This document shows, piece by piece, positions 1 to 6,137 of a stretch of DNA of 7,477 bases. The DNA is taken from positions 15,302 to 22,778 of the forward strand of contig MFWN01000051.1 of assembly GCA_001786395.1 (NCBI GenBank), given 5' to 3'. The notes under the pieces were generated by a model. The model ran no database searches. It saw nothing but the letters and a program-made list of their open reading frames with translations, and was not told the origin of the DNA. This DNA comes from Candidatus Pacearchaeota archaeon RBG_13_36_9. GTDB taxonomy: Archaea; Nanobdellota; Nanobdellia; Pacearchaeales; GW2011-AR1. Within the stretch, counting starts at the first letter, position 1. Each line of letters opens with the position of its first letter. Position numbers and translations under genes: made by a program.

Positions 1-2
1 TT

Positions 3-371
3 TTGTCCAAATTCGGGCCCGGTTCGATTAAAGTCTTGTTTGATTTTCCAGTATATTGCGCCCCTCTGCGCTCTATAAAAGAGTATCTTAAATCAGAATA
101 TAGGATAAGAAAAGATATCGATCTAATAAAACAAGAATATCCAGAATTTGAAGAAATTAACAAAAACATTGAGATGACCTTAAACTGGGAATACTATAAA
201 ACGTTAGATCTAAAAAGTAAGGTTTATGCGTTGCTCTTTTTAATGTTGAAGTCATATGAAAGATACTCTTATATCTTATTAAGAAGATTCATTAATCTCG
301 ACTCAATTTGGTCATATGACAACAAAGAAGCAATAAGGAGGTATTCAAAAAATGAAAATAGCTGTGCATAA
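3..371 (+). CDS. hypothetical protein, C-terminal fragment (5' end lies outside the window)
   Basis: The frame is open from the window edge to TAA at 369-371. The 'M' at position 3 in the ORF track is a TTG and probably not the true start. The ORF overlaps the next gene by 20 nt, which suggests the same operon. I recognise no catalytic motif. Confidence 0.5.
   Translation: MSKFGPGSIKVLFDFPVYCAPLRSIKEYLKSEYRIRKDIDLIKQEYPEFEEINKNIEMTLNWEYYKTLDLKSKVYALLFLMLKSYERYSYILLRRFINLDSIWSYDNKEAIRRYSKNENSCA
335..342 (+). promoter_or_regulatory. Shine-Dalgarno site for the glycosyltransferase gene
   Basis: AAGGAGGT lies 9 nt upstream of ATG 352 and is embedded in the 3' end of the upstream ORF. Confidence 0.6.
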
Positions 372-1476
372 CGCTCAATTTAGTTATCATCTAGGAGGAA
401 CAGAAAGAGCCATATATACTCAATTAAAAAATTTATTACAAATAGACAAAGAAATGGATATAACCCTCTTAACGAGTAAAACGCGCAAAGAATCTGTATT
501 TTTTAAGGAAATTAAAGAGCTTCAATCGAAAAAATTCAGAATAAAATTATTTGATATCTCTGATATAGAGATTAAAACAAAAGAAGAGTCAAATAGTCCT
601 ACTAAATGGCATCTAGAATCAGTGAGGTTCGGATTAAAAACTGCCAAATTCTATAAAGAGAATAATTTTGATTTTGTAGTTGCACATTTTTCAACAGATC
701 TAATGTTCATCCCCAAGAATTATAAAGTTGTCTTAACTATCCATGGAACTCCTAGTATCTCTTCCTATATTGATGAAAACTGTTTTGAAAGGGCGAATTA
801 TTTGATATTCACCACAAAGGACGTAAGAGATAAGATCCATCAAATGTATCCTGGTACTATAAATAAAAATGGAAGGGTCATCTATCTTGGAACAAAAATT
901 ATCTTTGATACTCTCCCAGTTTTAGAGAGAGAAAATGACCTTTTGTTTGTTGGCAGATTGATTAAAATTAAAGGGGTCAAAATACTTATCTCCGCCATAA
1001 ACAAATTACTTTTTCCAAATAAAATAAAGGCTTGTATTGTGGGGGTAGGACCTGAGGAGGATAATTTAAAAGAATTAGTAAAAAAATACGGATTGGAAAG
1101 GAGTATTCACTTTATTCCCTACTTATCTGATAAAGAGTTATCGCAATTATATTTAACCTCCAAGATAGCAGTGTTCCCTTCTTATAAAAAGGAGGGAATT
1201 TTATTATCTATGCTTGAAGCTGCAGCCCATGGATGTGGGTTGATAGTCTCTAATTGCTGCGGGATGCCTGAATTTATTGAAGATAATAAAAATGGTTTAT
1301 TGTTTGAACCTCAAAATATTGAAGACCTTTCAAATAAAATAAATTTACTGATGGGTAATCAAGACAAACTGGATGAATTGGGTCGTAACGCATTTAAAAA
1401 GATTAAGGATTATTGGAGCGACTTGGAAAGAGCAAAAGAGTTATATCAATACTATTTGGAGATCCAAAATGAATAA
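352..1476 (+). CDS. glycosyltransferase, GT-B fold, family 4 / Glycos_transf_1 type
   Basis: N-terminal 'HLGGTERAIY' matches the GG-x-E motif typical of GT4 N-domains. C-terminal 'KKEGILLSMLEAAAHGCGLIVSNCCGMPEFIEDNKNGLLFEP' is the classic E-x7-E retaining-GT signature followed by G-x-L/P motifs. AAGGAGGT at 335-342 lies 9 nt upstream of the ATG. Length is 374 aa. Confidence 0.9.
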   Translation: MKIAVHNAQFSYHLGGTERAIYTQLKNLLQIDKEMDITLLTSKTRKESVFFKEIKELQSKKFRIKLFDISDIEIKTKEESNSPTKWHLESVRFGLKTAKFYKENNFDFVVAHFSTDLMFIPKNYKVVLTIHGTPSISSYIDENCFERANYLIFTTKDVRDKIHQMYPGTINKNGRVIYLGTKIIFDTLPVLERENDLLFVGRLIKIKGVKILISAINKLLFPNKIKACIVGVGPEEDNLKELVKKYGLERSIHFIPYLSDKELSQLYLTSKIAVFPSYKKEGILLSMLEAAAHGCGLIVSNCCGMPEFIEDNKNGLLFEPQNIEDLSNKINLLMGNQDKLDELGRNAFKKIKDYWSDLERAKELYQYYLEIQNE

Positions 1477-2323
1477 GTCTATTTATTTAGAGTCTAAGGG
1501 CTCGGTATGTAAGTTAAATGATGATGAAAAAACTATTAAAAAACTATTAGAAGATGGGTTTACAAGACATTTTATACCGGATTTAAGAATTCTAGAAAGA
1601 CTAGAGCAACATGATACTGAGGTAACTGCAGATGAATTAAAAGTCCCAGCAATCCTTAATTATCCTGCTGCACAATATAGACATGGATTGCCCAGCAGAG
1701 ATATCATCTCTCTTTGTGAATATTTATTGGAAAGAAGCAGACAGGAAAAAAGCGGTTTTTACTCATTAAATTCTGCTACAGCTTCAAAGAACAGTGATGC
1801 GGTTACTTTTTTTGCAGGAGCAACAAATTCAGGAAAAACAACTTCAATGTTAGAATTAGTGGAAAATTGTGGATTTAATTTTTATTCGGACGAACATAGC
1901 TTATTGGATTTATCCCGTAAAAAGATTGTAGGTGGTTCGAGGTCCATAGCAACAAGGAAAAAAATTCTTAATGACAGATTATCAAACGGTAACGAATTTT
2001 ATTTAAAAGAATTTGACAAGGGCGAGAAAGATGCGGCTCTTTTTATTTATCCTCATTTAGATAATGGATTAGCAAGCCCTCTATATTATCAATTTAGTTC
2101 TTTGGATTTTCACTGGCTTCTTTCAAGAGAACTCGGAGGAATAATAAGAGGAGTTGTTAAATTAACAGATAATTTTAGATACCCTCTGCCTTCATTGGAT
2201 ACTCCGGAATTATCTGAAAGAAGAGTGCAAAGAACAATCGAATTTACCAAGAAAGTTCCTTGTTATTATTTTCAGGGATCTTTAAGACAGATGTCGGACT
2301 TTGTAAGAAGCAGGTTTGAATAA
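1469..2323 (+). CDS. P-loop protein with an HPr-kinase C-terminal-domain-like signature (HprK-related kinase family candidate)
   Basis: Walker A 'GATNSGKT' is at nt 1817-1840. The segment 'FFAGATNSGKTTSMLELVENCGFNFYSDEHSLLD' matches by eye the HprK pattern G-x-S-G-x-GKS-x-x-A-LEL-x-x-x-G-H-x-L-V-A-DD-x-x-x-h. I chose ATG 1469 (MNKSIYL...) rather than the track start at 1373. It overlaps the GT stop by 8 nt (ATGAATAA) and has GGAG at 1458-1461, whereas 1373-1468 would lie entirely inside the GT gene. Length is 284 aa. Confidence 0.6.
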   Translation: MNKSIYLESKGSVCKLNDDEKTIKKLLEDGFTRHFIPDLRILERLEQHDTEVTADELKVPAILNYPAAQYRHGLPSRDIISLCEYLLERSRQEKSGFYSLNSATASKNSDAVTFFAGATNSGKTTSMLELVENCGFNFYSDEHSLLDLSRKKIVGGSRSIATRKKILNDRLSNGNEFYLKEFDKGEKDAALFIYPHLDNGLASPLYYQFSSLDFHWLLSRELGGIIRGVVKLTDNFRYPLPSLDTPELSERRVQRTIEFTKKVPCYYFQGSLRQMSDFVRSRFE

Positions 2324-2324
2324 A

Positions 2325-3095
2325 ATGATAAAAGAAAATGAAGAAAAGATATTGGGAATTCTTAAGGAAGACGACTTGGTCTTAGATATTGGAGGATGGG
2401 ATAAACCTTTTAATAGGGCTAATTATGTTCTAGATATTCATCCATATAAAACAAGAGGGTTTCATGGCACACAAGGTGGCGATAAAGAATATTTTAATAA
2501 AAAAACATGGGTTATACATGACCTATCTTCCAAAAAGAAATTCCCTTTTAAGGACAAACAATTTGATTTTGTAATTTGCAGTCATGTTTTAGAGGATATC
2601 AGGGACCCAATTTGGCTTTGTTCAGAATTAATCAGAATTTCCAAAAGAGGATATATTGAATTCCCATCTGTTTACTCTGAATTGACCAAGGGATATGACA
2701 ACAACAATTATACTGGGTATTACCATCACAGATGGCTTATAGAAATTAAGAACAAAAAAATAATCTTTAGGTTTAAACCCCATTTTATTCATGGGGATAA
2801 AAGATATTATCTCCCAAGAACCTATTTAAGAAAATTAAGTGAAAAGGAAATAAACTCTTTTTTATTTTGGAAAGATAATTTTTATTTTGCTGAAGTGATA
2901 CAGATTAGTAGGGATAAATTAAAGAGGCACATAAATGAACTCATAAAAAGTAAGGGGTATAGAAAGAACATAACTTTTCTTTTAGATTCTCTAGATAAAA
3001 TTAGATTAAATTATAAAAAGTTTAAAAAAATTTTTATTAAAAACTCTTATTGCCCTAGATATATGGGAACACGTGAATTTTATTCAACAGTTTAA
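2325..3095 (+). CDS. class I SAM-dependent methyltransferase (Methyltransf_11-like, degenerate glycine loop)
   Basis: 'LVLDIGGWDKPF' resembles motif I. 'FDFVICSHVLEDIRDPIWLCSELIRISKRGYIEFPS' resembles the FDxVxxxxVLEHxxDP block and post-motif region of type-11 methyltransferases. ATG 2325 lies 1 nt after the upstream TAA. The alternative TTG at 2316 would give an 8-nt overlap (TTGAATAA). Confidence 0.75.
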   Translation: MIKENEEKILGILKEDDLVLDIGGWDKPFNRANYVLDIHPYKTRGFHGTQGGDKEYFNKKTWVIHDLSSKKKFPFKDKQFDFVICSHVLEDIRDPIWLCSELIRISKRGYIEFPSVYSELTKGYDNNNYTGYYHHRWLIEIKNKKIIFRFKPHFIHGDKRYYLPRTYLRKLSEKEINSFLFWKDNFYFAEVIQISRDKLKRHINELIKSKGYRKNITFLLDSLDKIRLNYKKFKKIFIKNSYCPRYMGTREFYSTV

Positions 3096-3203
3096 TTTAT
3101 CTAGAGAGGCTATATACCCTCAGTTTCCTGCTCCAAAAATTACGCTCAATTATTGGGAAAAAAATTCGTATTGCTCTAATTTTTGTTTGCTTAAAAACCA
3201 AAG

Positions 3204-3211
3204 ATTTAATT
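3204..3211 (+). promoter_or_regulatory. TATA-box-like element (ATTTAATT), candidate promoter of the HAD/HD gene pair
   Basis: Centred about 26 nt upstream of ATG 3234 and preceded by the purine-rich 'AAAACCAAAG'. The spacing is the same as for the two elements in the 5508-5600 spacer. Confidence 0.3.
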
Positions 3212-3233
3212 GTTTATAATTCTTGCTTTTTTG

Positions 3234-3869
3234 ATGATTAAGGCAATAATACTTGATTTTGGAAGCGTTATATACAAAACAGATTGGGAGAAACTAGATG
3301 CATATTTTAAGAAGCTGAACGGATTTAGCATAAGGGTTGCTGAAAGCAAGGACGAAGAGCTCATAAAAATATATAGGGATTCTGATGTTGGAAAGCAGGA
3401 ATATATAAAATTCTTTTATCACATCGAGCCGAACATAAAGGATATTGGCAAGGTAGTTAGGGATTACAAGAAAGGCTACGGCAAATTCAAGAAAGTAAAT
3501 AAAAAGTTATTAAGGATTATTGATTTCCTTAAAAAGAAATATCTTATATTTGGGTTTACTGACATTAAAAAAGAGCACTATGAAGCAAATAGAGAGTGCG
3601 GCATTTACAAGGGATTTGAAGAGGTATTTGCTTCTTTTAAATTTGGGCTTTTGAAATGTGATGAAGGCGCTTTCCAGATGCTTGAAAAAGAGCTGAAAAA
3701 ATATAAATTAATCCCAGAAGAGTGCCTTTTTGTAGATGACTGGCTTCCTAATATAGAAAATGCCAAGAAAGCCGGATTCAAGGCAATACAATACGAAGAT
3801 TTTCCTGAAGTCAGAAAGTTAAAAAAAGAGCTGGAAAAAATACTTAAGATAAAAATAAATGAGAGCTAA
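3234..3869 (+). CDS. HAD-superfamily hydrolase, subfamily IA-like (motif I variant D-x-G)
   Basis: N-terminal 'MIKAIILDFGSVIY' is motif I with the nucleophile Asp, but Gly sits at the +2 position. 'LIFGFTDI' fits motif II Thr. 'LLKCDEGAF...EECLFVDDWLPNIENAKKAGFKAIQY' fits motif III Lys and motif IV DD. I chose ATG 3234 over the track's TTG 3210 because HAD motif I normally starts within about 10 residues of the N-terminus. Confidence 0.8.
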   Translation: MIKAIILDFGSVIYKTDWEKLDAYFKKLNGFSIRVAESKDEELIKIYRDSDVGKQEYIKFFYHIEPNIKDIGKVVRDYKKGYGKFKKVNKKLLRIIDFLKKKYLIFGFTDIKKEHYEANRECGIYKGFEEVFASFKFGLLKCDEGAFQMLEKELKKYKLIPEECLFVDDWLPNIENAKKAGFKAIQYEDFPEVRKLKKELEKILKIKINES

Positions 3870-3875
3870 CGAAAG

Positions 3876-4469
3876 ATGGAAGAAAAATTTAATAAAATCT
3901 GGAAAAAAGCAGAAGAGATGCAAGATTTACGCGATGACAAAGGTCATGCAAAAACCGTTTTAGAATTTGCAGAGAAGCTTGCAGAAATTTTTAGGGCTGA
4001 TAAAAAAATTGTAATTCCTGCAGCTATTTTTCATGACACTGGATATTTTGGAATGGACAAAAATTCCCTGAAAGAATTGATGGCAGGCAAATTATCAGAA
4101 GAAGAGGCAAAAATACTGAAAGAAGAACATATGAAAGAAGGGGCAAAACTTGCAGAAGAGATTCTTAAAGAGCTTGAATATAACCCACAACTTATTGGTA
4201 CTATAGTAAAGATTATCAGATATCATGATTCAGAATCTGAATGCTCTTCTATTGAAGAAAAGATAGTAAGAGATGCTGATAAGCTATGGAGATTTTCTAA
4301 GATAGGATTCGATTTAGACGTAAAAAGGAGAAATTGGCCTGCTGAAAAATGGTATTTATATTTAAAGGGCAACCTGGATAAACCAGGATATTTCCAGACA
4401 AAAGAGGCAAGAGAAATTGCACAAAATGAGCTGGAAAAAAGACGAAAAGAAATTAAGGAGAGTTTATGA
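3876..4469 (+). CDS. HD-domain metal-dependent phosphohydrolase
   Basis: The H...HD...H...D metal-ligand series is present: 'GHAKTV', 'AAIFHDTGY', 'IRYHDSE', 'VRDADKL'. The gene starts 6 nt after the HAD stop, so the two are probably co-transcribed. Confidence 0.85.
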   Translation: MEEKFNKIWKKAEEMQDLRDDKGHAKTVLEFAEKLAEIFRADKKIVIPAAIFHDTGYFGMDKNSLKELMAGKLSEEEAKILKEEHMKEGAKLAEEILKELEYNPQLIGTIVKIIRYHDSESECSSIEEKIVRDADKLWRFSKIGFDLDVKRRNWPAEKWYLYLKGNLDKPGYFQTKEAREIAQNELEKRRKEIKESL

Positions 4470-4472
4470 AAA

Positions 4473-5507
4473 TTACTTCTCTTCCAGCCATTTATTAAGC
4501 GCTGCTGCGAACTTACGAGCCTCTTCTTTGTCTATTCTTATTTTATGCTTCTTCAAGATTTCTTCTTTTTGCAGATTAAAATTATCTCTTCTATGGAATT
4601 CTAATTCTCCTTCTGTGACTTGCTTGGTATTTTCTAAGCCTGACCAATTTTTAGTTACTGGGAAGCCTTTTCTCTCCAATTCAGGATTCCAGGTTGGATC
4701 TAAAAAAATAAGATCTCCATACAATTTAACTCCGACTGCATCATGAATCCAGACTGTAGAAGATTTTTTCAAAATACCAAGTATCCCTTTAGGGATAGGA
4801 ATGTCTTTCCAATCAAAAATTACCTTGTACTCCCTCGCCTTATAACCCTTTTCTTCTAATAGCTTTTTTAATAAGGCAGACTTATGCCTGCAGTCTCCAA
4901 ACTCCAGGGACTTATCAATTTTTGACTCATCAAACTGGCAAACTCTATAAGGAATTTTTTGTACTTTTTCAAAAAGTTTAATTAGTTTTTTATCTGACTC
5001 AAGATGCTTTATGCAGTTTATTAAATGGATTTTGAAATGTTTTCCTTCTTTTTCAATTATGCTTACAGAGGTATTTGATTGTCGGTATCTTCTTACTAGT
5101 TTTCCTCCTTTTTCTCTGTCTCCTGTCGAGATTGCTAATAGGCTTAAGTTTGTTCCTCCATGAGCTACAACCAAGATATTTTTATCAATATTTTTTATTT
5201 CATCAAAGAAAGATATTAATCTCGCAACAAATGTTTCTATGCTCTCCTCAGGATGGTCTTTTTCTCTTAGTCTTTTGTCATAAATTATCTTAAGTTTATG
5301 AAACTTATTTATTTGTTCAGCAGTTTCTTTTGCTCTCTTCAAATCTGAAGAATAAATTATATCTATTTTTTCTTCTTTTAGCCTTTGTGCCACTTGTTTC
5401 GCCTGTTTTTTACCTAAATCAGACAAAGAAGTATCAATTTTCTGACCTTGATTTATACCTTTAGCATTAGCTTCGGATTCTGCATGGCGAATTAAAATCA
5501 GTTTCAT
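4473..5507 (-). CDS. two-domain fusion: histidine phosphatase (PGAM/SixA-like) N-domain plus transglutaminase-like Cys-His-Asp C-domain
   Basis: N-domain: 'MKLILIRHAESEAN' (RH catalytic dyad, His8 at nt 5484-5486), 'DLKRAKETA' and 'LVVAHGGTN' (second catalytic-site His116). C-domain: 'FGDCRHKSALLKKLLEEKGYKAR' (Cys206, nt 4890-4892), 'VWIHDAVGVKLYGDLIFLDPTW' (His255, Asp270). These match the transglutaminase-core pattern G-x-C-x-x-x-A ... H-A-W-x-E ... D-P-T. Confidence 0.8.
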   Translation of the reverse strand: MKLILIRHAESEANAKGINQGQKIDTSLSDLGKKQAKQVAQRLKEEKIDIIYSSDLKRAKETAEQINKFHKLKIIYDKRLREKDHPEESIETFVARLISFFDEIKNIDKNILVVAHGGTNLSLLAISTGDREKGGKLVRRYRQSNTSVSIIEKEGKHFKIHLINCIKHLESDKKLIKLFEKVQKIPYRVCQFDESKIDKSLEFGDCRHKSALLKKLLEEKGYKAREYKVIFDWKDIPIPKGILGILKKSSTVWIHDAVGVKLYGDLIFLDPTWNPELERKGFPVTKNWSGLENTKQVTEGELEFHRRDNFNLQKEEILKKHKIRIDKEEARKFAAALNKWLEEK

Positions 5508-5528
5508 AATATTCCAAACCCCCCAATC

Positions 5529-5538
5529 TATTTAAATA
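5529..5538. promoter_or_regulatory. palindromic TATA-box-like element (TATTTAAATA), candidate promoter of the minus-strand gene
   Basis: This perfect 10-bp palindrome contains TTTAAATA, matching the archaeal TATA consensus TTTAWATA. It is centred about 26 nt upstream of the minus-strand start codon at 5507, which would imply a leaderless transcript. The surrounding DNA is AT-rich, so a chance match is possible. Confidence 0.35.
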
Positions 5539-5571
5539 TAATCAGTCTAAATACTGGACAGAACAAAAACC

Positions 5572-5579
5572 TTTAATAA
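5572..5579 (+). promoter_or_regulatory. TATA-box-like element (TTTAATAA), candidate promoter of the pilin-like operon
   Basis: Centred about 26 nt upstream of ATG 5601 and preceded by the purine-rich, BRE-like 'GAACAAAAAC'. There is no Shine-Dalgarno between it and the ATG. Confidence 0.35.
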
Positions 5580-5600
5580 TCTTGTTTCTTTAAATGTTAT

Positions 5601-6137
5601 ATGGAAAAAAGAGGATTAAAGCTTAATAAGAAATCTCAAGAAGTCTTTGGCATGCCGTTTACAGTTATTTTCTCGATAATAATTATAATTGCAGTGCTGC
5701 TCACTGCTTTTTTTGTTATTGGATGGTTTCTGGATTTCCAGAGATGCGCTCAAACGGGGCTTTTTTTTAATGACCTTGAAAAAGCAGTCAGCGAGGCATA
5801 TGAAAGCTCATTTTCAGATACAGGAGACAAGCCATTTACCAGGCAGCTTCCAGGCTCTGTAAAAAAAGTGTGCATTGCTGACTTGTCCAAAGATTGGGAA
5901 GGAAACACAGAGGAAGAAAAAGAGATATTGCTGGAGTCGGAAAGGTATGGCAACCCGGACTCCAATGTTTTTTTATATCCTTTAAAAGAAATCTGCGCTG
6001 AGGCGCGGTCCAAGTATATATCCTATCTGGAAGAAAAAGATAGCTTGTATTGTTTTGATGTTAAAAATGGAAATGTGGAAATAAGGATAAAAAGGGATTT
6101 TGAGGGGAAGGTCCAGCTGATTAGACAAGATGAATAA
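5601..6137 (+). CDS. N-terminally membrane-anchored extracytoplasmic protein, possible prepilin-like (class III signal) protein
   Basis: A basic leader 'MEKRGLKLNKKSQEVFG' is followed by about 25 hydrophobic residues, 'MPFTVIFSIIIIIAVLLTAFFVIGWFL'. The rest is a polar region with 4 Cys. It is the first gene after a 93-nt divergent intergenic region and is followed by two genes of the same architecture. Confidence 0.6.
   Translation: MEKRGLKLNKKSQEVFGMPFTVIFSIIIIIAVLLTAFFVIGWFLDFQRCAQTGLFFNDLEKAVSEAYESSFSDTGDKPFTRQLPGSVKKVCIADLSKDWEGNTEEEKEILLESERYGNPDSNVFLYPLKEICAEARSKYISYLEEKDSLYCFDVKNGNVEIRIKRDFEGKVQLIRQDE

Noticed and set aside
1373-1468. N-terminal extension of the kinase-like ORF (track start 1373)
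   Set aside because: It would overlap the glycosyltransferase gene by 104 nt. ATG 1469 gives the common 8-nt stop/start overlap and has a GGAG 7 nt upstream.
3210-3233. TTG 3210 as the start of the HAD gene, and likewise TTG at position 3 for the first ORF
   Set aside because: For the HAD gene, ATG 3234 places motif I at residues 5-12 as in most HAD-IA proteins, and the extra 8 hydrophobic residues have no support. For the first ORF, the frame is simply open to the window edge.
4417-4746. 109-aa ORF on the + strand in the supplied track
   Set aside because: It lies almost wholly antisense to the well-supported minus-strand fusion gene (4473-5507) and overlaps the 3' end of the HD gene. Its Ser/Leu-rich, low-complexity translation is typical of a shadow ORF.
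5075-5293. 72-aa ORF on the + strand
   Set aside because: It is antisense to the histidine phosphatase domain. The Leu/Phe-rich translation arises from reading AAG/GAA-rich coding sequence backwards. It has no start context.
1469-5507. Possible lasso-peptide gene cluster, since lasso clusters can contain an HprK-like kinase and a transglutaminase-like protease
   Set aside because: The two genes are on opposite strands and separated by three unrelated genes. The Cys-His-Asp spacing (49 and 15 residues) fits the canonical transglutaminase core rather than the shorter spacing I recall for lasso B proteases. No asparagine-synthetase-like cyclase, PqqD-like RRE or short precursor ORF is visible. 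Only the unidentified fragment at 3-371 leaves a small residual possibility.
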